From an uncultured virus (IMG/VR IMGVR_UViG_3300046750_000723) (taxonomy: Duplodnaviria > Heunggongvirae > Uroviricota > Caudoviricetes), in IMG/VR virus record IMGVR_UViG_3300046750_000723: DNA of 64,000 nucleotides; one strand, given 5' to 3'. Both the position numbers and the translations under genes were made by a program. Positions 33,114 through 42,206 of this stretch are shown here, piece after piece. The notes under the pieces are model-generated. The model did not search any database, was not told the origin of the DNA, and saw only the letters and a program-made list of their open reading frames with translations. How positions within the stretch are numbered: position 1 is the first letter of the stretch; each line of letters opens with the position of its first letter.

Positions 33114-34328
33114 ATGGGTAAATGGTTGAAGAATAACTTTAGGTTATTAATTTATATTTCGTTTTTAGTTCCGATCATAACGGTAGCGATAGTTTCTATA
33201 TCTCACGTTACTGTATGGTATGGTATATCTAATCCAATGTCATGGGCATTATATCTATCAATAGGGATAGAGATTGCCGCATTATCCGCATTGGCCGCCA
33301 TCTCGGCTCAAATGGGATCTAAAGTTTATGTACCCTTTGGTATTGTTACCTTAATACAGTTTATTGGTAATATTTTCTTCGCATTTGAATTCATTAAAAT
33401 AGGTAATGAACAGTTTCTCTCTTGGGTAGAGTTAACAGGACCAATATTGGAATACATTGGTATAGAACAAGGGGACTTACAATCACATAGAAGATTCTTA
33501 GCGATATTTGCGGGTGGTATGTTACCACTAATTTCATTATCATTCCTACACATGTTAGTAAAATTTAATGAGGAGAATAATGTTGATGCAACTAAAGAGG
33601 AGAACGGAGAAGACACTAAAAAAGTAATTGAAGAAGAAACAAAAATAAAACCCACTAATGAAGAATTAGATAAGTTAGAACACTTATTAAACAAATTCAA
33701 ACCAGAGGAAAGAGTCGAACCACCAACACCCGACTTACCTGATGAAGCGAGAGGTTTTGAACCACCTTCAAAAGTAGAAGATGTCTTTGATGAAAAACCA
33801 CCTGAGTGGTTTACTGAACAACCTCCAATAAGTGATGAGGAATTGGAACAATGGGCTAAGGAATCTGAAGACGAGTGGGACGAAGATCATGCATTAGATA
33901 TGGTAATGAATGATATGGTTCAAGATTTAACAGAGGAGGACCTTAAAGAAATTGAGGTTAACGAACCTGAAGAAGTGAAAGAAGAACCTACCCCTAATAA
34001 AGTCTCCAATAGATATGAACAAAGAAGTGATTATTTAACTAAAAGTACTGATTGGGATTCAAAAGAAAAGGAAGGTATATTACCAGATACAATAGAAACT
34101 GCGGAGTTAGATTTACAGACAGGAGAAATTTCGACACCCACACCAAAGAAAGAGGTTAGTGTTGATATAGATGAAAATCAATTTACCCCAAAGAATGATT
34201 TTGATGTCGATGTGGAGATAAAACCATCACCCACACCAACCCCCACTACTTCACCATTTCCAAACTTCGTTGTTGGAAAAATACAAGACGAATTGCAGGA
34301 TCAAACAGAACCTGAAAAAAAAAATTAG
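33114..34328 (+). CDS. Multi-pass membrane protein with long acidic C-terminal tail; ends at an A10 run
   Basis: About four hydrophobic segments in the first 150 aa; E/D/P-rich tail; ends GAA AAA AAA AAT TAG. Confidence 0.7.
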   Translation: MGKWLKNNFRLLIYISFLVPIITVAIVSISHVTVWYGISNPMSWALYLSIGIEIAALSALAAISAQMGSKVYVPFGIVTLIQFIGNIFFAFEFIKIGNEQFLSWVELTGPILEYIGIEQGDLQSHRRFLAIFAGGMLPLISLSFLHMLVKFNEENNVDATKEENGEDTKKVIEEETKIKPTNEELDKLEHLLNKFKPEERVEPPTPDLPDEARGFEPPSKVEDVFDEKPPEWFTEQPPISDEELEQWAKESEDEWDEDHALDMVMNDMVQDLTEEDLKEIEVNEPEEVKEEPTPNKVSNRYEQRSDYLTKSTDWDSKEKEGILPDTIETAELDLQTGEISTPTPKKEVSVDIDENQFTPKNDFDVDVEIKPSPTPTPTTSPFPNFVVGKIQDELQDQTEPEKKN

Positions 34329-34723
34329 AAGAAGTACTACCTACAGGAACCCAAATTCCAACATTGACTTCGGTACCTTTTAATACTCCCACACCTTACC
34401 CCACAAGTACGGTAATTCCAACTAGTACACCACAACCTACACCTTACCCCACAAGTACGGTAATTCCAACTAGTACACCACAACCTACACCTTACCCCAC
34501 AAGTAGTCCTACACCAAACCCTACTAATACTCCAACTCCCACACCCACGGTAAGTGGTACACCCACACCAACTCCAACCAATACACCTACACCATCACCC
34601 ACAGTATTTGTGGACGACCTTTATATGGAACCTAAAGTTATACCACAAGAACCATATATGATGGTAGGGTCAAAAGTAATCACTAGAAATGTTGGAAATT
34701 CGAGACGTAGAAACAATAGATAA
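34316..34723 (+). CDS. PT-rich -1-frame extension of the upstream membrane protein (no ATG start of its own)
   Basis: The frame of ORF 34364..34723 is open from TGA 34313-34315, through the A run, giving [29 protein letters not shown]... Confidence 0.55.
   Translation, partial: KKKLEEVLPTGTQIPTLTSVPFNTPTPYPTSTVIPTSTPQPTPYPTSTVIPTSTPQPTPYPTSSPTPNPTNTPTPTPTVSGTPTPTPTNTPTPSPTVFVDDLYMEPKVIPQEPYMMVGSKVITRNVGNSRRRNNR
34391..34505 (+). repeat. Exact 48-nt tandem repeat (about 2.4 copies), encoding [16 protein letters not shown]
   Basis: acaccttaccccacaagtacggtaattccaactagtacaccacaacct repeated without mismatch. Confidence 0.9.
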
Positions 34724-35294
34724 AAAAAAATTAAACCACATTGGTAGAAAATATAAAAAGAAACAAATTCTTTTATATGATACTAAACGTAGGATTGATG
34801 ACTTTGTCGGTAAATTAAAATATAGACAAGATGGTAATTATGAGGATATTCCTCATTTTATTGTTTCTAAGATGGGGGACATATACCAAGTTTTGGACAT
34901 GGATTATTCTTCAGTTACGTTTGGTAATCATGAATTAGACAAAAAACAAGTTAAAATTGCGGTTGAAAATTTGGGGTGGTTACAAAAGAACACTATAACG
35001 GGTTATTATAGTAATTGGATAGGTGACCCCCATAGAAGTGACCCATTTATTAGAAGTTGGAGAGATAAATTTTATTGGGATCGTTATACTGACCAACAAA
35101 TGGAAAGTATTGTTAATTTATGTGAATATATCTGTGAAGAGAAACAAATACATAAAAGAGTGGTTCCCAGTCACGGTTACATAGAAAAGATAGATAAATT
35201 TAAAGGAATTGTATGTAAATCCAATTTTTCAAATATTTATACAGATATAAACCCTTCGTTTAATTTTAAAAAATTCTTAGACGATGAAATATAA
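34689..35294 (+). CDS. N-acetylmuramoyl-L-alanine amidase-like (Amidase_2) protein, possibly degenerate
   Basis: [29 protein letters not shown] and DINP are amidase-fold features; the expected His ligands are not evident. Confidence 0.6.
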   Translation: MLEIRDVETIDKKKLNHIGRKYKKKQILLYDTKRRIDDFVGKLKYRQDGNYEDIPHFIVSKMGDIYQVLDMDYSSVTFGNHELDKKQVKIAVENLGWLQKNTITGYYSNWIGDPHRSDPFIRSWRDKFYWDRYTDQQMESIVNLCEYICEEKQIHKRVVPSHGYIEKIDKFKGIVCKSNFSNIYTDINPSFNFKKFLDDEI

Positions 35295-35781
35295 AACACA
35301 TATGAACTACGATAATACTAAAAAAATGTTGAATACTCTAAGGAATCTGACAGAGTCAACACTTGAAAAAGGGACAATTTCAGAGCAAGAGGAGAAAAAA
35401 GAATTAAAAGACAATGTAATCGTCGTCAATGGTGTTGAAGTGAGACTCATTTCTTCAACTGATGAGGATTTGGATGTTAACGAGGTACAAAAGAAGACCA
35501 TAGGGGACGTGATTAGTAATTTCGGTACACAGGTATCGGATTTAGGTGATCTTCGACCAGGCGTTACAATACAATCTAATCAAGTAAGATTAGATGGTAA
35601 TTTACCTGACGTTGGTTTAGATTTTGTAATAATTGCAGGTGAAAATAAAGGTACATACCTTAATACCGCTATGTTAAAAGTGAATTATGACCTATTAGAG
35701 TCAATTCAAAAACTTTTAAAGTTTGAAGATGTATTCGCAGATGCAATGAATGACCTAATATCTCAAAGAAGAATAGATTAA
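35284..35781 (+). CDS. Hypothetical protein (possible head-associated)
   Basis: ORF track; preceded by TATTTATA at 35234. Confidence 0.55.
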   Translation: MKYKTHMNYDNTKKMLNTLRNLTESTLEKGTISEQEEKKELKDNVIVVNGVEVRLISSTDEDLDVNEVQKKTIGDVISNFGTQVSDLGDLRPGVTIQSNQVRLDGNLPDVGLDFVIIAGENKGTYLNTAMLKVNYDLLESIQKLLKFEDVFADAMNDLISQRRID

Positions 35782-35782
35782 T

Positions 35783-36028
35783 ATGGCTCTTACAACCACA
35801 GATAAAAATCAAATACAGACTATTGCTAAGAAAGAGATAAAGGACTTTCTTAATGGTACTCAAGCACATAAAATCGTGGTTGATATGGTTAAAAAAGAGA
35901 TGGGGGCAAGAGACATTAATAAAAAGGTGGTGGAATTATCTACTAAAGTTGTTGTTGAGTTGTTTAAACAATTATGGCAACGTAAGTCTTTTTGGGAAGG
36001 ACCTTTGAAAAACATTAACACTAAGTAA
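35783..36028 (+). CDS. Hypothetical protein
   Basis: ORF track; closely coupled to neighbours. Confidence 0.6.
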   Translation: MALTTTDKNQIQTIAKKEIKDFLNGTQAHKIVVDMVKKEMGARDINKKVVELSTKVVVELFKQLWQRKSFWEGPLKNINTK

Positions 36029-36549
36029 TGAAAAAAGAAACCAAGGAAGCAACAATGGCGGGTGGTTCTTCAGGATCATTTGAGGCACCTATGAATTTTA
36101 TTAGTAAGAGAGAAATATATAAAATCCATAATAGTAAGAAATACAACGAGGAAGAACCTAAAGAAGAGGAATTTACTGAAGCAATGACTTCAGCTACGTC
36201 ATCGGCGGGACAATACGACGCACCGTTTGGTAGTGGGGGTAAAGATCCACTTAAAATAGGTGGACCTAAGACGATTGTACAACGTATGAAACATATGAGA
36301 AAAACTAATTTCCCAATGTATGGTGGAAAGGGTGGTTCATATGTTAAAGTGAAGGAAAAATGTAAAAAATTTCCATACTGTGAGGAGGGAGACATTAATG
36401 CTTTAGAATTCTATGAAAATGATGAATTAAATGAGGCAGTGAAGAACGTTTCAAAAAAATACGGATTACCTTATAAAGAGGTGGAGAAATTAGTAATAAA
36501 TGAGATAAAGGATATATTTATAGAATATGAAAGTTTCAGAACTAAATAA
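36028..36549 (+). CDS. Hypothetical protein (possible head-associated)
   Basis: Internal repeat EA(T/M)xxxxSSxGxxxAP; KCKKFPYC motif. Confidence 0.55.
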   Translation: MKKETKEATMAGGSSGSFEAPMNFISKREIYKIHNSKKYNEEEPKEEEFTEAMTSATSSAGQYDAPFGSGGKDPLKIGGPKTIVQRMKHMRKTNFPMYGGKGGSYVKVKEKCKKFPYCEEGDINALEFYENDELNEAVKNVSKKYGLPYKEVEKLVINEIKDIFIEYESFRTK

Positions 36550-37876
36550 AATTATTGAAGAAACGATCTCACAAGAGATAAAGGACACCATTCTGAAAGA
36601 AGGAAGTGGTGATAAGACCGCATACTGTATTAAGTGTGAGGGTGAATACGTTGAGGTTTGTGACACAAAAGAGGAGGCGGACCAAAAATGTGAAGAATAT
36701 AATAAAAATAACCCCGACAAAGATTTTGTTGTGGAAATAGAAACCTACGAATCAAAACAAGATTTATTAGATAAATTAGATCAGTTAGGTGAAGAATTAG
36801 ACTCAAAAGACATGAAAAAAGACCATTCAATAGAAGAATTAGAACAAGATCAAAATGAATCAGCATTTGTTTTGGCGGCAGATGCGGCTAAAGATGCTGG
36901 TAAGGATGAATTTGAATTCCCTGAAGGAAGTGGAAAGATGCATCCCGTAACAATTAAAACAGATATTGACGAGAAAGAAGAATGTCAAGAGTGTGGAGAT
37001 AAAATGTACGAAGATGAGGAAGGAACTGTTGAACCACTTTATGAAGGTCAGTGTGAGGAATGTGGGAAACCTTTATGTGAGTGTGGAAGTATGGAAGAAT
37101 CAGAAGATAAAGATTCACTCCCAACTATGAATGAAATATCTAAATGTGTTAAAGAAGGAATGACATATGAAGATATTTGTGAAAAATATTCAAAATGTGA
37201 TAAGGAAAAATTAAAAGAAATGTATGAATCTTGTGGTAAACAACACGAAGGTAAAGAACCTAAAGTACTTAGATTATCGGAATCACAATTAATAGATATG
37301 ATCAGTAAATTAGTTAATGAAGCAGTAACACCGGGTTTAAAGGCGGTTAAAGATTCCCATAAATTAAGTAATAAAGAAACAAAAGAACATATGGCTAACG
37401 TAGATAAGAAATTAAAGAAGGCATTATCGATTGAAGGTAATGACAATCCTGAATTTCCAAATGCATCAGGGAAAGGTGAAATAGACCCTAAAAAAGTAGT
37501 ACATAATACCGAAGAAGAGAATGAAGAGGTAGATATGGAAAGAGGGGAACATGTGTTAGATTTAGATTATGATCACGAACCTAGTGACGAGTTTAAAGAT
37601 AGAGTTAAAAAGGCGTTAGAAGGTGACTCTACTATGGGTAATGCAGACGGTGGAAACACAATTCCTACTGAAACAGGTAAAAATTTGGCTAAGACAGCCG
37701 AGAAAAGAAAAGAAAGGTATGAAAATCAACCTATGTATAAGAAAGATATACAACCTGTTAAAGTTGTTAAAGAAGAGAAAGAAGAATTAACCGAATCAAA
37801 AGAAAAAACAAACGTTTTAGAGGAAGAAATTCAAAGATTGAAGGATCTTTCAAATTATAACGAAAAGACTCAATAA
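36527..37876 (+). CDS. Highly acidic protein with CxxC motifs (possible prohead core/internal protein)
   Basis: E/K-rich; CIKC, CQEC, CEEC; LSESQLIDMI and LEEEIQRLKDL helices; TATTTATA at 36515. Confidence 0.55.
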   Translation: MKVSELNKIIEETISQEIKDTILKEGSGDKTAYCIKCEGEYVEVCDTKEEADQKCEEYNKNNPDKDFVVEIETYESKQDLLDKLDQLGEELDSKDMKKDHSIEELEQDQNESAFVLAADAAKDAGKDEFEFPEGSGKMHPVTIKTDIDEKEECQECGDKMYEDEEGTVEPLYEGQCEECGKPLCECGSMEESEDKDSLPTMNEISKCVKEGMTYEDICEKYSKCDKEKLKEMYESCGKQHEGKEPKVLRLSESQLIDMISKLVNEAVTPGLKAVKDSHKLSNKETKEHMANVDKKLKKALSIEGNDNPEFPNASGKGEIDPKKVVHNTEEENEEVDMERGEHVLDLDYDHEPSDEFKDRVKKALEGDSTMGNADGGNTIPTETGKNLAKTAEKRKERYENQPMYKKDIQPVKVVKEEKEELTESKEKTNVLEEEIQRLKDLSNYNEKTQ

Positions 37877-37922
37877 TATTGTTGTCTTTGTTTTCTTTTA
37901 TTCGTATATTTTTAATGAAAAT

Positions 37923-38378
37923 ATGGAAAATAAAGACACATATCTTAAATCAATACTCAAGGATCAAGACTACGGATACCAGACGGAAGTGTGGTATCGT
38001 GCTTACAGTATCACAACAGAAAAAATAGAACTATTCTACGACTTAGTGGATTCACTCTATAGAATAGTGGATCAAACCTACTTAGGTCCTGACGCTATCA
38101 TTACAGAAGATGAACAAAGAAAACATTTTACATGGTGTTGGGATAAAGTCATTAATAATCTATCTAAAGAAAAGATAAATTTTAATAGTAGGGGAATACA
38201 CTATGAATATTTTTGGGATTTCTTTTTAGAATCATTTTATTATTTAAAAATGGATGAGGAAGAAATTAAAATTAAGGAATATCTCTATAGACTCTTCAAT
38301 TACAACCACAAAAAGACAAGATCTGAACTAGCGGTTCTAACAGAAATTTATAAATTACTAGAAAATAACTTGAACTAG
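37923..38378 (+). CDS. Hypothetical protein
   Basis: ORF track; class II promoter-like motif at 37882-37910. Confidence 0.65.
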   Translation: MENKDTYLKSILKDQDYGYQTEVWYRAYSITTEKIELFYDLVDSLYRIVDQTYLGPDAIITEDEQRKHFTWCWDKVINNLSKEKINFNSRGIHYEYFWDFFLESFYYLKMDEEEIKIKEYLYRLFNYNHKKTRSELAVLTEIYKLLENNLN

Positions 38379-38421
38379 TAAAATAAATTCCGTATATTAC
38401 TATCAGAAACGGTAATAAAGT

Positions 38422-38604
38422 ATGGAAACGTTAGGAAAAATTAAGGACCTTGTAGAGAAAATGTCGGTTGACACTCACAAGGTATACGACAAAGGTAACA
38501 GATCTGCATCAATCAGAGCACGAAAATACGCTCAAGAAGTAAAGAGTCTTATTGCATCATTCAGAAAAGAAATATTAGACGAAATAAAGAGACATGATAA
38601 ATAA
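38422..38604 (+). CDS. Histone H1-like (Hc1-type) small nucleoid protein
   Basis: KVYDKGNRSASIRARKYAQEVKSL matches the GNKxAxxRARK pattern of Hc1-like proteins. Confidence 0.75.
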   Translation: METLGKIKDLVEKMSVDTHKVYDKGNRSASIRARKYAQEVKSLIASFRKEILDEIKRHDK

Positions 38605-38773
38605 TATAGAATTATACATTTTGGTCTTATCGATAGTTTTCGTTCTAAGATTTATAGTTGAGTTTATAGTAAAATTATTTATAACATCTGCAGAACCATT
38701 ATCAACAAATAAATATGAGAAAGTAACTCTATACTTCGCAATCTCATATATAATAACATATATAATAACATAA
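38594..38773 (+). CDS. 59-aa two-TM membrane protein (below the ORF track cutoff)
   Basis: Manual translation MINNIELYILVLSIVFVLRFIVEFIVKLFITSAEPLSTNKYEKVTLYFAISYIITYIIT; fills the gap between neighbours. Confidence 0.6.
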   Translation: MINNIELYILVLSIVFVLRFIVEFIVKLFITSAEPLSTNKYEKVTLYFAISYIITYIIT

Positions 38774-38778
38774 AATAA

Positions 38779-39279
38779 GTGTACGAAATAATAAAACCTT
38801 TAAGACCTTATTTCTTTTCTCTAAGAGAGATTAAGGGAAATGTTAGTTTAGATTTAAAACTTCCATCAAAATGGAAATACGAAGAAATTGTTTCTGTTTA
38901 TAAGACCTTAAAAATAAAGGTCCAAGACAAAAACGATAAAGATGTTTTAGTCTCTTTTATATGTGAATCATCTCAAGATGGATACAACACGGCACTACAA
39001 TGTGCAAATGAAGTGGTTGAAAAAAACATTGAAGATGAAAAGAAGAGAGAGTTGTTCGATAAGAAAGTTAGAGAAATGAGAGCATTGTTTGAGGAAAGTA
39101 AGTTAGATGATCTCGAAAATTTAAAATTTGAAAGTAATGTCCAAGAATACGACACGCAAAGAATTAGATTGGTTGGAGAAGGAGATTCAAAAGGATCAGT
39201 TGGAAGTGGAGACACACAAGAAAAAAATGATTCAACAACTGATGAAGACGAAGAAGGAGGATCTATTCAAAGTCCCTGA
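38779..39279 (+). CDS. Hypothetical protein
   Basis: ORF track, GTG start. Confidence 0.6.
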   Translation: MYEIIKPLRPYFFSLREIKGNVSLDLKLPSKWKYEEIVSVYKTLKIKVQDKNDKDVLVSFICESSQDGYNTALQCANEVVEKNIEDEKKRELFDKKVREMRALFEESKLDDLENLKFESNVQEYDTQRIRLVGEGDSKGSVGSGDTQEKNDSTTDEDEEGGSIQSP

Positions 39280-39343
39280 AAGTAAAAAAACAAATAAATT
39301 TAAAGACCTACTAACCAAAGTAGGTAAAATATTAGGTATATAA
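39128..39343 (+). CDS. Small hypothetical coiled-coil protein (start probably at the internal ATG, MSKN...)
   Basis: ORF track; stop overlaps the next ATG (TAATG). Confidence 0.5.
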   Translation: MKVMSKNTTRKELDWLEKEIQKDQLEVETHKKKMIQQLMKTKKEDLFKVPESKKTNKFKDLLTKVGKILGI

Positions 39344-39588
39344 TGTCAAAAGAAAAAAAAGGTGACATATTAAATCAATTAGCCATTATTTCAGATCTAA
39401 TAGAAAAAGTCGCATTTGATTTTAATGGGGGTACGGTATTTTATGAATTAACTGAGGAAGAATACGATAAAATATTAGAATACATTAAAACTAAATTTGA
39501 TGGTAATGAGGTTGAGGAAACTGATTCTAATACATTTTCCATTTTAATAGGGGACATCTCCTTTATGTTTAGTAAGAATAGTGTCTAA
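39343..39588 (+). CDS. Hypothetical protein
   Basis: ORF track. Confidence 0.55.
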   Translation: MSKEKKGDILNQLAIISDLIEKVAFDFNGGTVFYELTEEEYDKILEYIKTKFDGNEVEETDSNTFSILIGDISFMFSKNSV

Positions 39589-40219
39589 ATAGATCGGTAC
39601 GTTTGTAACCTTTCTTTTCAAGTAAGTTGTATAGGGTTTTTCTTTGTGTGGTAGTAATATCTTTCACAAAAATGAAATTACCCTTTTTTTTATGTTTTAA
39701 TAAATCTTCCCTAAGTAAATCAAATAATCTGTCAGAGTCGTATAAGTTCTTATTACCGAACATCCTAACGTTATCTTCTATTTGAAGAAACAATTTAGTA
39801 TTAAGAGTGAATATTTGTGCAATCTCGTCGACCTCAACCAATAAATCTAATAGTTGGTGATATCTAATGTGTCCCTTATTATCATGATCGTATATTTTCT
39901 CTTCCTGCCAATAAGGAACTATTTCCTTCATTCTGAAACCCTTCATATCAACACCCGCTTCGTACAATCTACCGAACTCATCTCTTTTGACAACTGTTTT
40001 TTTCTTTGCCCATCTATTATCGGGATATATTAGTGCGAGTTCGTAATCTAACTTTTGGTTGCGTTTACCACCGTACTCTTTTGTATACCTCGGTTTCTTT
40101 TCGGTTTTTAACTCATACCACATATCACGTATTGCGGGAAGACTAATAGTTTGGTAAAAGAGTTTCTTTCTTTTTTTATTACAGAAGAGTATTATTTTAT
40201 ATTTCTTCTTCTTTTTCAT
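39569..40219 (-). CDS. Basic hypothetical protein
   Basis: Long minus-strand ORF with no competing plus-strand ORF. ATG at 40219 follows the stop of an upstream minus-strand ORF. Confidence 0.7.
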   Translation of the reverse strand: MKKKKKYKIILFCNKKRKKLFYQTISLPAIRDMWYELKTEKKPRYTKEYGGKRNQKLDYELALIYPDNRWAKKKTVVKRDEFGRLYEAGVDMKGFRMKEIVPYWQEEKIYDHDNKGHIRYHQLLDLLVEVDEIAQIFTLNTKLFLQIEDNVRMFGNKNLYDSDRLFDLLREDLLKHKKKGNFIFVKDITTTQRKTLYNLLEKKGYKRTDLFRHYSY

Positions 40220-40221
40220 AC

Positions 40222-40386
40222 TCAAAATAACAGAGATAGGATTTTGTAAAGTCCGTACACGGATAAACCTAAAACTATGAATAGGGATATTTTAATACTT
40301 TTTTCTACTTTGATTACTTCTTGAAGTAGTTCTTCCCTTTCTTGTTTTTTCTTACACTTTGAGCAAGATTCCTTTTTTTTCTTCAT
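40222..40386 (-). CDS. 54-aa protein with CxxC and C-terminal TM (below the ORF track cutoff)
   Basis: Manual translation MKKKKESCSKCKKKQEREELLQEVIKVEKSIKISLFIVLGLSVYGLYKILSLLF. Confidence 0.55.
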   Translation of the reverse strand: MKKKKESCSKCKKKQEREELLQEVIKVEKSIKISLFIVLGLSVYGLYKILSLLF

Positions 40387-40422
40387 AATAATAATATATG
40401 TAATTTATAACTATTTATCAAT

Positions 40423-41175
40423 ATGAAACTTTTGGAAATAGTCGAGGGTGATAAAATAAAGTGTGAGAGCTGCGGATGGAGTTGGAAAATATCCGAAGGT
40501 GGTGACGACTTATACATTTGTCATAAATGTGGTAACGACACGAATGCCGATACCATAAATGAATCACTAAAAGACCTTAAGTTCAGTGAATCAATAAGTG
40601 ATAAACATCAAAAAGAAATAGATTATAATAGGGAAAGTGGTTTGTTTAAGGACTTTGACATTTCTAAATATAAGAAAATGTATCCTCCGAGTAATGACTC
40701 TAAGATTGCAAAAGAAGAATTGAAAACATTATCATCACTACCCGAACAAAAGGACTTCGTTGAAAAATATGATCGAATATTCAAATCATTTAAAAAATAT
40801 GCGGAACAACGGGACCATAAAATACCTAAAACCCAAATTAAAGAGGTTATTAAAAGTGCGGCGGGTATAATTTATGAATTAAAGTATCATTTTAACAGAC
40901 CAAGACCACAACAAATAGCGGAACATAATGATATGAAGATAGGTGGTATGGATTTAGAAAGTGCAAAATCACCATCATACCCATCTGGTCATTCAACTCA
41001 ATCTAAAATAGTTGGAGAAATATTAGTTGAAGTCACTAAAGACGTGGGGTATCGTAATATTGCCGAAAAAATATCCATAAGTAGAAATGTGGGTCGCGTA
41101 CATTTTCCTAGCGATTCTAAGTTAGGTGAGAAGTTGGGTGAAGATTTATTTGAATTCCTAAAAAACAAGAGATAA
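40423..41175 (+). CDS. PAP2/haloperoxidase-family phosphatase with N-terminal Zn ribbon
   Basis: KYHFNRPRP, PSYPSGH and SRNVGRVHFPSD motifs; CESC...CHKC at the N-terminus. Confidence 0.85.
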   Translation: MKLLEIVEGDKIKCESCGWSWKISEGGDDLYICHKCGNDTNADTINESLKDLKFSESISDKHQKEIDYNRESGLFKDFDISKYKKMYPPSNDSKIAKEELKTLSSLPEQKDFVEKYDRIFKSFKKYAEQRDHKIPKTQIKEVIKSAAGIIYELKYHFNRPRPQQIAEHNDMKIGGMDLESAKSPSYPSGHSTQSKIVGEILVEVTKDVGYRNIAEKISISRNVGRVHFPSDSKLGEKLGEDLFEFLKNKR

Positions 41176-41239
41176 CGAGGTTGACTTACTCATTCTTTTT
41201 CTGTATATTTTATATAAGTAAACGAAACATCGAAATTAC

Positions 41240-42184
41240 ATGATAAGTTATATTGGAGGTAAAGCCAGAATAGGGAAATGGATAGTTCCGTTCATTCCTA
41301 ATGACATCGAGACATACGTTGAACCTTTCTCAGGGATGTTTTGGGTGTTCTTCAATATGGACCTTAAAAAATATCCTAATCTTAAGACAGTAGTGTATAA
41401 TGACTTCAATGGGTTGAACGCAAACCTAATGAAGTGTTCTTTAGACTATGATAGAATGCATGAAGAATTAAATAAGTATATCGAATATGTGCAGGTAGTC
41501 GGTGAAGAAAATACACCTCCCGAATGTAGAGAATTCTTCAATAGATGTCAAGAAGAGGTCTTTCATCCTGACTACGAAATAGGGGAGTATCCAAATTACG
41601 AGGCAGCAGTAAAATATGTTTACGTATTAACACAAATATTTTCAGGATCCAAACCTGAAACCTCAAACTACACAGATTATAAAGGTAAGTATCGTTGTAA
41701 AGTCTTGATATTTATGGATAAGTTGAAGAATGGTAAGTTTAGAGAACACTTCGACAAAATAACGTTCGTGGAAAATATGGATTTTCAAGATGTAATAGAG
41801 AAATATGATTCTCCCACCTCTTACTTCTATACTGACCCACCTTATTGGAAAACTGAAAACTATTATTCGAATCACGATTTTGATAGGTCAGACCATGAGA
41901 GATTAGCGGACTGTTTAAAAAATTCGGAAGGGAGATACAGTTTATCGTATTATGACTTTCCATTATTACAGACGTGGTTTCCTTACACGGATTACAAATG
42001 GGAAAAGAAGGGTTTTAAAAAATCCGCAGCAGCGAAGAAAGACGGTACACAAAATACAGGTATTGAAATTCTGATAATGAACTACGGACAACCATCATAC
42101 AAGGAGGGAGAACAACTAAGTATGTTTGAACTTGTGGATGATGAAAAGGACAAAACAAAAAAAATATTAGTCCCTAAACTGTAG
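41240..42184 (+). CDS. DNA adenine methyltransferase (Dam/D12 class)
   Basis: YIGGK, YVEPFSG, VYND and DPPY motifs. Confidence 0.9.
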   Translation: MISYIGGKARIGKWIVPFIPNDIETYVEPFSGMFWVFFNMDLKKYPNLKTVVYNDFNGLNANLMKCSLDYDRMHEELNKYIEYVQVVGEENTPPECREFFNRCQEEVFHPDYEIGEYPNYEAAVKYVYVLTQIFSGSKPETSNYTDYKGKYRCKVLIFMDKLKNGKFREHFDKITFVENMDFQDVIEKYDSPTSYFYTDPPYWKTENYYSNHDFDRSDHERLADCLKNSEGRYSLSYYDFPLLQTWFPYTDYKWEKKGFKKSAAAKKDGTQNTGIEILIMNYGQPSYKEGEQLSMFELVDDEKDKTKKILVPKL

Positions 42185-42206
42185 TTTATAGTTTATTATA
42201 TAAAGT

